A stretch of DNA of 62,801 bases, the filler included, from Folioceros fuciformis (taxonomy: Eukaryota), in the NCBI GenBank assembly GCA_049999805.1. It is 3 parts of 3 records of this genome, joined end to end, with 100 filler letters (N's around TTAATTAATTAA, not from the genome) between each part and the next. Parts side by side here need not be neighbours in the genome. Positions count along the whole stretch, not along the records: positions 29,705 to 55,623 come from JBNGIO010006298.1; 2 more parts are not named here. One strand, given 5' to 3'. Made by a program: the position numbers and the translations under genes. Positions 38,396 to 52,631 of this stretch are shown in pieces. Numbering within the stretch: the first letter of the stretch is position 1; each line of letters begins with the position of its first letter. Under the pieces are notes generated by a model that searched no databases, had not been told where the DNA came from, and worked only from the letters and a program-made list of their open reading frames with translations.

Positions 38396-41300
38396 TCAGC
38401 CGAAGTGCGCCATTGCAAGCCTGTAACCGTTTCTCGATAGTTGGGGAAGACGTGTTACAGCCATCACACAAGCCACAAGGGCAAAAATTGAAGCCAACGC
38501 AAACGCCGGCTCATTACCACCTCCAAAAAGAGCATCCCAGGGCCCAGCACCCAGGGCCACAACCATCTGCATTTCAGCAGATCCCAGACCGTTATGAACT
38601 ACGAAGCACACCCATCTCTTGACATTAATAGCAAGACGAGTAATCAAAAGCAGATACCTGGGGTAACACAACAGCAAGATTGAGAATCCCCATAGCCAGA
38701 CCTGGCAACCAAGACATCGGTTAGCTGCAAAGCATGCACAGACAAATCTCTTACGTCTCAATTGTTAACAAATGTCACCAAATGACACAAAAGAGACAGG
38801 CCTTGGCCGCCACCAGACTCTGCTGTCAGCTCAGCAGTGATTGAATACGGGACACTGTAAGTAATCTGCAACACCAACAACACACAGTTCAACAAGGGCA
38901 TAGCTAAGCTCGATCCTCTGTTGTTACAATATTAGCTTTAGACCTTGTACCGCGATTTGAAACATACCGATAACGGCAAACCAAGAACCGTGAACAATGC
39001 CACTGCCGCAAATTTCACCCATGGTGGATGTACATACGCGCGTAGTCCATTGATAGTAACAGTCTCCACAGAACATGCTGTGATGATGGCTGTGGATGCC
39101 ATGCACAGAAAGACAATGGAATTGCTGATGGCCCACACGTACTTAGATCCAAGCCAGCGGCATAATGGGTCAATGAAAAATGAGCTGATTCCCAGCACCA
39201 CCTGCCAAGCAAGACATGCAGCAAACAGAGATCACTTCTGATACTAGGTTTTCCAAATATTAACGCAACTGTGGAAAGAAACAATGCGCCCTGAAACACC
39301 ACGTACAGAATTGAGGAGCAAACCCAAAGACCCCTGTTGTACACCGTCCTGATAGGCTGCAATGGATGCAGCATCTCCATGTGGATCACCGTGAAAAACT
39401 TCTCGGCCCATCCAATCTGTATCAAAAAGGAAAAAAGGAAACCAAGATAACTGCACAAGCACAACATCATCAGCGGCTAACCTCACAAATGAGTAGCAGA
39501 TCAACAAGCAAAGGGAATGCAATATTCTTCATGCTTGCACTGTGGAGTACTACAGTCATAGCCAGAACATAATGAATTTGCATTGTTGACTCACCCAACA
39601 GAAGGCCATCACCAGCAACACACCCTTCATAGTTGATGGAAGCTGTCGAACACCAAGAAGGATGTTGACCAATACAGCACCAGGATTAATACTTCCATCT
39701 TCATAATGAAGCTTTTCCTCATCAAGATCTTGAACCCTCACAGTATCTTGTCTCTCCTCATTGAGAGCGGCAACATTGGTTTCTTTATTGATTGCTTGAG
39801 TGGTGCTAGGACCTCTGTCAGGTGCCTTGGCGTCTTCGTACAACAAAGGAGAAGAATCATCTATGCGGTTATTTGCCAGGGGACTCTCTTGAGCGGATAT
39901 CAAAGTGACTAGTGTACATATGGTAAGAAAGATCTGCAAGACAAAACCGAACTCCAGTAAAGATTGGGCCACGGCATTAAGAAAGTCTACAAGTGATGCT
40001 GCCCGTCGTTGGATGCTTACCACTGCTAAGAAGAAAGCAGCTTTAAGATTTCCACAAGCCTCACAGCACGCTTTGCTTGTGAGAAAGGGAAACAATCTGC
40101 AATCCAAGCAAGCTACACGTGAGTATAACTGTTTCACAACAATTAAGTTCCAATGACTTGTCCTTTCTGAGGAGCAACTCACTTGTGCCATTGGCCAATA
40201 GCACCCGTTGCAAACCCTAAGATGTTGCCAAGAGCCATCCAAAGGACAAAAACAGCATTAGCTGTATCCCTCTGCTCTGATCCTGCAAAAGAAAGGGAAT
40301 AGCTTTAGACCGTTCCCTTGCAAGCACATCATCAAATGCAATTAAACACCAATGTCCTTGGAAGTACCCGAGAGGTCTGCCAATAGAGCACGAGTAGGAC
40401 CCTGAAACAAGGATGGTTTTAAGACTTCGAGGCAATAATGAAGCCCTGACTACTTGAGATGCTTAAAAGCCAAACTCATGATCAGGACTTCATTTCTAAC
40501 CTGTACAGTGTTATTGGCGAGGTCCAGTAACCAAAAGCCAATGACAAACACGAAAGCTGCACGTGGACGAGACCCTTTATAAACACTGAAAATTGCGACA
40601 GTTTCAAACCTCAGAACTTCTGCCTTGGCATTCTAGACGTACCAGAGCATAAAAGTGTGCAAGGATGGAGAGTGAACCAAAAAATTTAAAAAAGGAACAT
40701 GCAGAACAAATTGTTTTCACATACTGGCAGTCGTCAGTTGTGTCGCCTAGAAGATAACCAATATCAGCTGCATAGCCTATCAGTATTACCTGAACCAACA
40801 CTAAAAATCAGACCAGAAAAAAGATGAGCATCCCGTTTCCCAAACTCAAGTGGGGTAAAGAGAACAGCAAAATGAGCGAGCCAGGTACGAGGGAAAATGA
40901 CTTCCAACTCTTACCGAAACCATGACTAAAAGGGCCCCAGCTAAAATGAAAGGACGCCTTCGTCCGTACTTGGATCTACATTTGTCACTCCAGACACCTA
41001 TGCAGGGTTGTACCTGTAAAAAAAATGTAAGACAGACCTCTAAACTGCGTCCACTGAACTAAACAGAATGCCACCTTTCCATGCCAAAGCAAATATTGTT
41101 CACCACAGCTGCCACCATGAATTATAATAAATCAGTATGTCAGATGCAAAGAGGTGGTCATCTTACAACAAGTCCTGTTACTGGCCCACATAGCCAAATG
41201 AAGGATGAAAAAGCGTGCTCAATCCCAAGGGTCTGCCACCAGAACCCCACGAGAATCAGAATCAGACTCGTACTACAATTGGCCTTCCCTGATGAAACTC

Positions 41301-41569
41301 TCCAGCAACAAGCCACACGAATCCACCTGAATGTAAGGAGTTAGAAGCGACAGCTGCAAGGCCCACCCGAATTGAATCCCTGCTGCCACCATGGATACGA
41401 GAGCGAGGCTTGAAAGCGGCAAATTACTGTCAGCGAAGACCTCCGAGCTCTCTCCCTCCTCTGGATGGTCGGGAGACGCAGCATTCTCCAACCGATCTGC
41501 ATACTCCACCGCAGCATTGATTGTGGCAAGCTGAGTCTCCGGGACCTCACTTCGCTGCTTGACCGCCAT
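38396..41569 (-). CDS. SUT2: Sucrose transporter, SUT2/SUC3-type, about 14 exons
   Basis: [74 protein letters not shown] and [11 protein letters not shown]. The long central loop and many introns fit the SUT2 clade. Confidence 0.9.
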
Positions 41570-42640
41570 TCTGCGCGTCCCAGTAAGGCCTAGAGCTCCA
41601 GTTCCAGATCCCGAGGTCTCTGCCACAAACAGAGACACTTCACTTCCCCGCTTTCCTCTTATTCTCGCACAACCCAGCAAGTTCCTCGTTGGACCTGATA
41701 ATGCCAACGTCTGACACAAATCCAGCAAGTATGTTCTCTGAACTCGTCGCCTTCCTTCCTTACATCCTCCTATATGCCTACTCAATTCCTCTGGAAAGAT
41801 TTAGGTCTCGACATCAAATCGTTGTAACGCAACACGTCACAACCCAACGCCTTCCGTTTTCTTCGCAGCCATGGCCGACATGTGGCACCGTAGTTGGCNN
41901 NNNNNNNNNNNNNNNNNNNNNNNNNNNNNNNNNNNNNNNNNNNNNNNNNNNNNNNNNNNNNNNNNNNNNNNNNNNNNNNNNNNNNNNNNNNNNNNNNNGT
42001 TGGCCCACCAGGTGCGAGCAGGCATTGCTAGGGTTTCTTCCTGGGCGAACGCGCCCATCGCATGGCGCCTAGCAGTCCCAACCTTTAAAGGCTGAAGGCG
42101 ATCTAATTTCTGCCGAGGACGCACAACTCGTGGGGAAATGTGTGTGAGGCGCGCTCTCAGGGCTTCTGTCGATCTCTAAGCCTGTGATGCAGCATCTCGT
42201 TCTTGGAAAATTGGAACGACGGGATGAGTAAGTTTGCATATAAGCTTTGATGGTGAGGTACGGAGTGAACGTAATCAGATGCGGCGTCCGTTACAGAGGT
42301 TCTGTCTTCGCTTGCGAAGCATAATCCGTGATGCCGACTTGTACTTCACCGACACCGACAATGCTGCTTCCTGGTGAAACCGCAGCGTGTAATACAATTG
42401 TCCTTGTTGCCAGGTTCAGTCAGTCCTGTCAATTTGATGCTGCGATTCTTTTGTGCAGTAGGGGTTGCTGAAGGAATTGCGACTCCTCCGATACTAGAAT
42501 AGTGCGAGGAGCATGACCGCGTCCATGCCGGTCTGTCTTGTCAAGGAAACTTGGCTCCATGGCAGACCCTTCCAAGTAGGATGGATTCCTTGCGTTACTT
42601 CTCCTTCCCTCCGTTTGTCCGACTTGGCTTTCAGCATTTG

Positions 42641-45600
42641 ATGGCTTAATCCTCCCCACCTAACAGGAACGAAGAGAACACAGCGGGCAGCAACCCACCG
42701 ATCAGGAATGTAGAAAACACAGACGGAAGTAACTCACCGATCAGGAACGAAGAAAACACAGACGGTAGCAACTCACCGATCAGGAACGTAGAAAACATAG
42801 ACGGCAGCAACTCACCGATCAGGAACGTAGAAAACACAGACGGCAGCAACTCGCCGATCAGGAACGTAGAAAACACAGACGGCAGCAACTCCCCGAGCAG
42901 GAACCAAAGCAACTCACCGACCAGGAGCCCAGAGAACACCGACGGCAGCAACTCACCGACCATTAGCCGAGGGAACATAGACGGCAGTATCTCTCCGATC
43001 AGGAAACCAGAGAACACAGACGGCAGCAACTCACCGACCAGGAGCCAAGGGAACACAGACGGCAGAAACTCTCCGATCAGGAACCGAGAGGGCAGAGATG
43101 GCAGCAACTCACCCATCAGGAGCAGAGCGAGCACAGACGGCAGCAACTCGCCGAGCAGGGCCGGATGGAACAAAGAGCGGAACAACGCTCAAGAGGAAGG
43201 CCGGCGGCCTAGCGCATGGTTACTCGGGGATCTCCCGACTACGACATACGGATTCCAGGGTGGCGGCAGGCGAACTTCTTCTTCGGTCCACGACAGGCAC
43301 ACTCCGTCACCACTTCGTAGACCGTCTCGAGGCCAAGCACACGGAAGGGTTTCGCAATGGAGCCCGCCCGAGCTCATGATCAGGAGTGCCAGGACCACCG
43401 CATCACCGGCTTCGTCGCCGACCACGAGTTCCAGGCCAGGCGGGCAAGGTTTGGGAATCAGATCTGAGCTAGCCGCCTACGCGTCTCCAAGTTCACTGCA
43501 GGTAGGGACGAGGCTGAGAGGCGTGCCAGAGCAGGCGGAGCAGCCATATTCACCGCCGGGATTCGAGAATCTGGTCACGACAACATTACAGCAAGCGCGC
43601 GGGACACCGAGTTGGTCAGGGCGGGTTCCGCCATACGACCATGAACAAGCTCCCTTGGATGTGGAAGCCCTTCTGACAGACACGCAGGTGAGAGAGTTCA
43701 GGAAAGCTGTAAACTTCGCGCAAAGGCCGTTGGAGGTCCAGCAGATCGTGAAGACGGAGATTGTGAGCGGACGGGCGGGGCTGGAAGCCACCGAGGCCCT
43801 GGCGAGATCGCTGCAGGAGGCTGTGAGCAAGCGGGATCTCTACAGCAAGGAGGAAATCTTGCGAGCCAAGGTGCAAGCAGTGAATCAGTTCGCAAACCCG
43901 TACATCCCGAATTGCGATCCGGACGAGTCGGACGTGCGAGTGCCGCGCCTTCCCTCGGCTTCTGGTGTCCATCGCCCGCGCTTCAACAGGGCGTGGGTGG
44001 AGGCCCTGACGAATCCGGCGCGGGCGGCCGATGAGGCTGCGAGATGGATGTTCGCCGAGAGAGTGGTGGTAACGCAGGGGAACCTCCAGCTGGAAGGATT
44101 CAATACCCGGCTGGAGCATGCAGCGAGGGAATCGAGGCGGGAGCGAGTCGGGCTGAAGGGGCGTGAAAGAACGTCTCGTTTGCAGCGGCTTCAGGATGCC
44201 GACCGCGATTTCGTGCCCAAGCTCATGATTCCAACGACAGGCCGGGTCCTGACCGCACAGACGAGGGCCGCAGATGAGGGCACGACGAGCACGAGCGTCA
44301 TGCAAACGATTGCGACAGTGGCCCTCGTTTACGCCGAGTGCGTGGGGCGCATAAAGGTGGCCAACACGGGCTCCTTGCTCAAGGACCCGGCGTCAATCGG
44401 CGTGCTTCCTCTGGAAGCCTTGGCTCAGATCGACGCGTTCCTGCGGCTCAGAGGCTTGCCGACCATGGACGTGCCGGGGTTGTACGACGCTTTTTTGAGC
44501 CCGGGGGTTTTCCTGGGCGGGGGCAGGCCGGTAGTGGGGAGCGAGTGGGCCAAGGCTACGAACGCGACGCTGGTGCTGCAGCGCAGGAAGGAGTCCAAGG
44601 GGACGAGCTCCACGGCGTTGGAGTTGGAGCTGGAGCTGAGGCGGATCAAGGAAAGGGTGCAAAAGTGGATTCCGCTCTTTCGGGCGTACCTCGGGGAATA
44701 TGCCGACCTGCTGGGGGCGATGATGATGGAGACTCCTCCACACATTGACCATGCGCCCGTTTGCGCGACGGTGGACAGGGATTTCTGGCCGTCGGGTCGG
44801 AAGATGCCAGACGCGGCATTGATGCAGGAGCTGTGGGGGGACTGCGAAGAGAACTACGGCTTCCACATGAACATGGCGCTGCTCACGAGCTTTGTGACGC
44901 ACGGCTCCAAGATGGAGGTGGCCATGGACGAACTGGATGTGCGCTGGACAGACCTCCTGGACGAAAAAGCAAAGGGGGAGGAGGCGGAGTACCGCAGGAT
45001 GATAAAGGAGATCGAACCTCTGACACGTACGATGTCTCTCTTCCTCTGGCCTCTACTATGCATTGCACTTCAACAGAGCGTGCGCTCCGGAAACCAACCG
45101 CGGTTTGTGGGCGGGGCTTGCAGACCAGGTGGAGTCGCTGCTGTGCAGCGTGGCGGCCAGGGAGCAAGCCGATTCGTGTGCGCTGGAAGAGGACTGGAAG
45201 ATTGTGCAACTGATCCAGCAGAAGGAAGCAGCGGAGAACAAAATGGCTGTGGTAGACCCTCTCATCTACAGCATCTGGTCGCGCCATCTTCTGGAAATGT
45301 TCAGGACGTTGATTGCCAAAGGGCTGTCGGAGATGGCCATAATAGGAAGTTGGGACGAGGGCATGCCAGAACTAACACACAATTTCTACAACATAGTGGA
45401 GAGGTGGCATGACTGGTATTTGTGGATTAGGAGAACTCCCAAAGCCATGGATTATTTGGCAACGCTGGGCATCAATGCCGAGGTTTTGGCCATGACGGTG
45501 ACCACCAACCGCGATGAACACAGGTCTCGTGCCACGCTGCAGTTCTTGGCCAATAAAGCCGCTCATCGGGTGGTTCATCCTTGGGTCGCCGAGGCTATCT

Positions 45601-45764
45601 CAAGCCCTCAGTTGAGTTATATGGCAGACACGTTACAGAGGTGGTTTTATTACGTCTACAACAACTACGGCTTTACCGTTGAGAACAGCAGATTGCACTT
45701 CGTTCCAGATTTCGACATCAAGTCCGATCCCCTTGATCACTATTGGGAAGGTGAACAGGCTTGA
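42641..45764 (+). pseudogene. Intronless orphan reading frame of about 1040 codons with a TAA at codon 3 and one frameshift near 45048
   Basis: ATG GCT TAA at 42641 is in frame with an open stretch that runs through the repeats into the 43376 ORF. The 45063-45764 ORF continues it in the +1 frame. No recognisable domain. Confidence 0.6.
42655..43160 (+). repeat. Coding tandem repeat, 39 bp x about 14 (SPIRNVENTDGSN)
   Basis: tcaccgatcaggaacgtagaaaacacagacggcagcaac recurs with the frame preserved. Confidence 0.92.
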
Positions 45765-46431
45765 GTCTATTGTGAATCCTCTTCTTTATCGACTTGGTGT
45801 GTCCCAAGTCTCACCAAGGCCGCACCCGCGAGTGCTCGAGCCTTCAGACTTCAGCCACAAGAAATTTAAATTAACCAGGCCCTGGCTCCGGAACCCATGA
45901 CCCCTTCCGATATATATTAAGGCAATCCTCACACCCGGACGGCATATTCAACTGTGATCTGCCGGCCGTCCATCACAGACCTGCGGGACGAAAAACATCC
46001 GGGGCGAGAAAACAAGACCCAATGAGTTAGCCTCTTTTCTCAAAGGGAAATCTAACTACTATCTCAGTAGCTTAGGAGACTGGCACCTGTGCAAATGCCG
46101 CTTTGCCGATATGGCCTCAGACAGACTTGCAAAGGTTATGGTGAAGGTGTCCCCTTTCTCCTCTTTCTTGAAGTCCTGAGATGCACCAGAAAGTACAGTT
46201 TCAGTCAATCTCTCACTCTACTCTACCCTATGTAATGGTTGACACCGAAGATCAATGGCATGAGAGACTCACAGTTATCTTTCCTTGCTTCTCAAAAGCT
46301 TGAACAATGGCAGTCATGGACGTGTTGTCCGGGAGCCCACTGACTGTAAGCACTCTACATCCGCAAACAGAAATCCGTCAGAATTTTGCCAACCCATCTC
46401 ACGATCAGACTATTCACAGTATGTACAGCAT

Positions 46432-49400
46432 TTACCTGCTTTTGTGGACCGGCCCACCCAGATGGATAAAACTCTTGGGCAGCGTGCTGAGAGGCCCTGA
46501 CAGGGCTGTACTTGCTGAAATGCTCACTGATTGTCTTTTCTCCCGACTGTGCTCTCTCTCCTGCCTGCTGTGTGACCTCACAACAGAATTAGACTTGTGA
46601 CCTGCTCCTGGGCCTGGTCCTCGTCTTGAACCTCCATCGTCCTCTGCCCTGCGGTCATCGTTACTTTGACTACCCTCACCCTTTTTCAGATCAGAGTTAC
46701 CTTCCCGCTTCGAGGTGCTCAGTCCAGAGGCGGTGCTATGAAAACTAGACCTATTTGACCTATTGTTGGCTCCTGACGCTGAGGCATGCCCTGCCTGTGC
46801 ACCTTGTCCCGCTCGGCCTGCAGCCTGACCTGCATCCCCTTGCCCACCACTACGGGGACCGCTTTGTTTGACATCCTGTTCTGGCACAGGGCCCATCCCC
46901 TGACCCAATCCAGGAAGCAGTCCTTGACTCGTTCCCTGGCCTGCGAAAGTAGGTCCAATAGGTCGCCCTCCAGGGCCCATCCCTACTGTAACCATCCCTT
47001 GACCCAGACCCATTCCCTGACCTACATTCACAACCCCTACCACTGCTTGTCCAACCATTCCTCCAGGATGAGGCTCACCCCATACGGGACCCAGCATTTG
47101 TCCTCGACCCTGTGCCCTTCCTCTTCCAACCCCTTGGCCCTCATTTGCCATCGGAACAGCTGACCATGAGAGTTGACGTCCCATATTTCTGCCAGGAGAT
47201 CCAGCCATTAGCCCATAAATACCTCCCATTGGTCCCCTTCCAGGGGCATAGGGCCTAGGATTCCTCCCATAAGTATCCACGGGAGCCATCAGATTGATTT
47301 GTTGCATCAGCTCTGGTCCTTGGGTCTGCCAATGCAGAAGTCCGTGAGGAACAGGACCAAATTCAAGGGTGGGCATAGGATGGATAGGTGGACCTCCAAT
47401 ATGCCCAGCCAATGGTGGTCGACCTGGGCCATTTGCATTTGCATGCGCATGCTGCATGATTCTCTGAGACCGGAACAGCTGCTCCTGAGCCAGAGCCTCC
47501 TGCATATGCAGCTACAAGAACCACGCGTGTGAGACTTAACTGGCTAAAAGGGTGCATTAAGTTTGCAATCATGACCCTGCTTCACGCAAAAGAAAGCATG
47601 AATGTTAGCTTACATTAGGCCTGCCGTTAGCAGGACTGTAGATCCCTCCAACTGGTCCAACAAATCCTCGGCCCAGTGGTCGCAACTGGATTTGAGAAGC
47701 CAGTTCAGCTGGTACAAAGAGCCTCCCAGGTCCCATTATCCCTGCCTGATTATTGGGAGGGACAAGCCCCCCTGTCTCGTTACTGGTAGAACGGCCACCT
47801 GTAGGTGAAAAGGGGAAAACATGATCACAAGTTAAGACTTGCGCAGAGCACAGGGCTGCTGCACTCATCGACCATTCGGTTTCTCTAGGCAGCATCAACT
47901 AGTTCAGATTCCTTCTTGCTTACCAGGTACTGTTTTAGGAAGGCTTCGGGACCGATCTGGGTGGCGATCACTGAAAACGGCAATACAACATTTATCAGCA
48001 CTTCTACCAAGAGAAGCCTAACAGAGGAACAAGGCACAAAATAATCCAAGACTCTAAACGGACACCAGAAAACTATCGAAGAATCCAAACTAACACAAAG
48101 TCAAAGCACAGTGCAATCAGAGGCTGTGCAGAGCTTTTCAACATACCTGCCCCGACTACGACCGTGCTTGGCAGTTGATCCAAGCACTTGGTCTCCTTCT
48201 CTCTTTTCTTTCCTGTCACCGTCTGAAACTTGTCTTTCTGGAGCAAATCGATCTTTTCTCCTCTTCCTTCCCTGCCGACTGACAGAGTCTTCCTCATCCT
48301 CATCGGGATTCCCTTCTGCTTCACGATCAGAACCCTCATGCTGTTTCCCGCACGGCCAACGTCCACATATAAGTGCTACTACGAGCATGATTCCTCAATC
48401 TAGCAGCATGCTGCATTTGTTGCAGGTCCTGCTACTAGCACAAAGTCCTTCCAACAATACCCACTCAAAAACTCTAGGAACGACAAGTTAGTTGCTGAGG
48501 AACTTGACAGCAGCAAGCCCAGTGTCACAATTCAGTGCATGCATGTGTCCTAGATACTGATAATATCTCCCTCGCCCGCGCACCACCCCAACCTATCATT
48601 GCAAACTAGCATATTACATCAGTCACCTCACTATCCTTCATGCACGTTACACAAATATGGTGGCACCCGCCACCCTCTCACTGGACGCTAAGCCACATTT
48701 CACACGAAAATAGACATTCTAAAGCAGAGAAACACGGAGCAGATGAAAATCCTTGGAAAAGCATCAAGTCTGTATTCCATCTCCACAAAGAACTGCCGCA
48801 ATGTTGCACAAGCTTTGATCAAACATCGCTCCAATGTTACCTCATTGAGAGATATCGCCACCAACTCCTACTACCGATGATAGCCAATATTGGCCCTGAC
48901 TTTGCATTCTGACACAAGCAGCTTTCAATCTGGGGTGTTCGGTTCACTACCCTCAACTCTAGTAACTTGTACTGGGAAAGTTTTCCAGCAGTCAGGGATG
49001 GAGCGGCGAGGCATAATAATCTCTCAGGGTAAACCCCGCACCATTTCAACAAAGTGGCCTGACCAACCCTCTTTGAGGAGGAAGAGAAAACCAAGAGGGC
49101 TTGTAGTGGGGACTCCACTGACCTCAAACGAGTCAAATGGGACCACTCTCTGCACTGGAAATTGGTGATCTCGTGGTGAGGACACACATGAAAAGGAAAA
49201 TCCAAAGGCTTCATCCCCAGATGGCAAGATTGGAGCAGGGAGGGAGTGCTCAAGACATATATCTACCCCACAGATACGCGGCTCGGTGAGCACAGAAGTC
49301 TAGGAAAATGGATGGACATAATAGCAAGATTGTGGCATGGATCATATACACAGAGCAGCCAAGATATGCAAATGGGGTCCTTGGGAAAGTCACACCAAGG

Positions 49401-49980
49401 GAAGGTCAATAACAAAAGGCCCCGTAACCTAGATCCCGGTCCCTCCCGGCGAGGGTTGCAGTAAATCGAGTGAGCAGAAATCAATGCTTGTCTAGTGGAT
49501 GAGGGAGAAAATGTGGGTAATGAACATCCAGAAAAATAAGGAATGAAATGGTTGGAATATCAGGGTGATCACCATGGCAGCGTCATCCAGCTCGCCATCC
49601 TCCAAGTCAGCTTTCCGATGCTTCCTGTGCCTAGACTCCCCTACCCTTCGTAACCCGTGACTTCTCCCTTCTCCACGACCAGCAGCACATTTAGTAGGCT
49701 GCATAACGACCCCATCCTCCTTGTCTTCTTTTTCCTCCTCGATCTCTCCACTCTCGGCTCCCTCCTTGGGAGCAATTGATGCAGCGGCCGCTCCATCGGG
49801 TGTCGGAGGGTCGACAGGCCCAGCTTCCTGCGAGTGGGCAAATCGCCCCCCATCGCCTGCTTGCTTAGCGCTTTCCTCTATGTCCAACTCCTCGTCCGAT
49901 CCGAAGCCATAGTCAGATCCCTCAAAATCAACCAATTCCTCATCCTTTACTTCGAAGTCGGCACTGTCACCTTCTGCCAT
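46432..49980 (-). CDS. Multi-exon gene for a low-complexity, probably disordered protein (acidic N-terminus, Gly/Pro/Gln-rich C-terminus), function unknown
   Basis: Probable exons at about 49980-49572, 48345-48147, 47971-47926, 47798-47613 and 47511-46432, with GT-AG junctions. DLEDGEL and EDGV-type motifs. Confidence 0.65.
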
Positions 49981-51387
49981 TGTACTGCAATAATGGAAGG
50001 GATATGAACAGGAGATTCACGTGCCAACATGCCAATGAAATTGCTGTGCGATGCAGGAACATTGGCACTGACTGACTGCTGATGACCTAACATCCACAAC
50101 ACGCTAGGCAGAGGCGCCTTGCAACCGGGCCTTCTATAGCTCACTCACTGACTCAAAGTGTGAATAAAAAGCAGATTTAAGCAACAGCACTGGGCTGCTG
50201 GTCTACACGAGCCACAACATTGGCACACCAGTGAAATCAGTGAGAGAGATCAGCAACCGCTCTACCCATAACCAAAAGGAGGCAAGTATGAAACGGTGCG
50301 GGACAAAACCGCACAACCACCACAGCAGGACACCGACCCAGACCAAGGCATGCCCAGAAAGCACCAACAAGCTGGGGCCATGACACCAGGGGAGCAGTGT
50401 GCAGTAAAGCTGCGTGCTTGGTGCTTGGTGCTTGCCACTGCCAGGCCCAGCAACATCAAGAGGTGAAGCCAGGAAAGAGAAAGAAGTACCATCAGATAAT
50501 GCGACAGGCAGGCCAAAAATTGTGACAGCTGACAGCATCACGGGGAGAAATAGGGCAGGCAGTGATCTTCAACACAAGTTTGCCCGCTCTCTCTGCGACC
50601 ACACTGCTGGCACCGTCTCCGAGATTCGAAGAGTGAGATGCTACTAACGCGGCGCAACCAGCATGCCTGCTCTAATCACGTCAATCCGCTCCTGCTTCCC
50701 AACATTGCCCCATACCCAGCTCAATTTGTGCCGAGCCTGAACGCTCTCCTCTGCGAAATGCAGGGGAGCGCGTACAGCGCGACCCAAGGCCCATGCAAGG
50801 AGAGAGAACAAGCCACAGTATCGATGGAATAGCCTATGACAGTGAAGGGGAAGGAGAAGAAGAAGAAGAAGGGCTTGAAATCAGATGGCCATGTTTGTCG
50901 GCCCCAACAAGTCACAGTGAACTCATCTTCTCCCCTCTCTCTATTCACCATCCGTCCCGTGAGGTGCCGGCAATGGTCTGCCCTAACCTCCGGTGCCATG
51001 TGCCACCAACCATCATGTACACCCACCTTCACTTCATGCTCTTGGCCTTCCTATTCCCATTGCAGTTTCTCGTTCCAACAATAAAAGTTGAATGTTCCCT
51101 TAACGAAGGGTCAACCTAAGAGACTGGACCTAAACTTGGTGCCCAGTGTTTGTTCAAACTTCTTCGCATTTGCCACGAATCGGGAGGGGAAGGCCCGACC
51201 TCTCCCCGAGTCACGATCTCTGCACGACTCCGGCACCTCGTTCATGGATGCTACTGTGGAATACCTCTCCGTGTAACTAGTCTGGAACTGGATTAGGATG
51301 CAACTCCTGTAGTTCATGACATCCACGGCATCCAGCTCCAGGGCTACAAAAATTGAAAGTGTCAGGGGGACACTACTTCACTGCACT

Positions 51388-52631
51388 TTACTTCTCCTCC
51401 AGGAGTCTGAGAAAGACGGAACCTGCGTACACCTTCGCACGGGTATCAGCTATGTCGATGTCATGTCCTCCTTCCACGAGTCCCCACTCTTGGACCTGCA
51501 CCGCGTGCAACACGCTCCACCCTGTCAGAATGTGAAGACACTGGAAAAGTTGCAAATAGAGGTGTAGATGGAATCCACCACGGATTACCTGGAAGTCCTC
51601 CTCCAGCCGCATTGCTTCGATGGCTTGCTCAACGGTCAGCCGATTTCGGGAAAGAGCCATAGCGATGAGTAACGAGCGTGCCACCCCCGCAAGATAGTCG
51701 ACAGCAGCTAGCTGCCAGTTGTCCGTCTTCTCCAGCTCTTTCCGCATGGCCTCGACCACAGGATCCAGCTGGCTGTCCACCAGGATGCTCGTGGAAACAG
51801 CAGGCCTTTCCCCGATGGCTGTTGCTGCCCAATCCAACAACGGGTCCCACACCTTGGCTTGCCTTTCTGCAGCGGGTAGGGAAGAACATCAGCCTGGCCA
51901 AACCTGCTTGTAACTTTGCAAAGAATTGCAACGGACTACCCACCTGCAAGACGCGCTGGCTCCAAAACTCGGCAGCAAACGGCATCTGTGTGGAAGTACT
52001 TCAGTAACGAGGCTATCACACTTCTCCGATCCTTTGGCACTTGATCAATTGCCGTAGCAGCAAGCTTCATCATTGGCATTGTATAGGGACGAATTCCAGT
52101 GCTGTCCTGGCACACAGTTTGGATTCAGACTCAAGATTGCACTCACCTGATTAACCTAATTCCACCTCACTACCTACAATCAAAATGGCTGATTTTGCAA
52201 CATCCCACGCAGGGATGTCCCCACACACCCTAATAAACACTCCCTCCCGACAGCAAGAGGCGGCACAAAGACAGTCTCACCTGCCACTCCCACTCAGCAG
52301 CGATTGCCAGAGCCAGAGCTGGAGTCGGCACCGTCAGCGGCTTCCTGGCAGGGGTTCTCAGCAGCCGCTGGTCCAGCATAACCGAATATCCAGAACCATC
52401 CTCAGCCGGTTTCATGTGAGCCTTCTTGTAGAATCTCCTACCTACGACGCCGCTGCTGCCAAGGCCAGGAGGGATCTGCGCAGCGGCCTCTTGCAGCGAG
52501 GAGTCAGATCCCGCATCGCTGCTTGAATTCCTAGCAGACACGGGCATTCGAGGGAGCACAAGCTCGCTGTCAGCGGCGGTGCATCTTCCCACGGACTCCA
52601 CCAGCTCACGCAGCGATCGCCGCCACGCCAT
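51388..52631 (-). CDS. ATP12: Mitochondrial F1-ATPase assembly factor ATP12/ATPAF2, 4 exons
   Basis: RRFYKKA, VMLDQRLLRTPARKPL, ALAIAAEWEWQ, MPMMKLAATAID and RLEEDFQVQEWGLVEGGHDID. Confidence 0.95.

Noticed and set aside
42646-43185. Antisense ORF of hydrophobic LIGELLPSVFSTF repeats resembling a peptide precursor
   Set aside because: It mirrors the plus-strand coding repeat, which is in frame with the large downstream ORF. It has no independent support.
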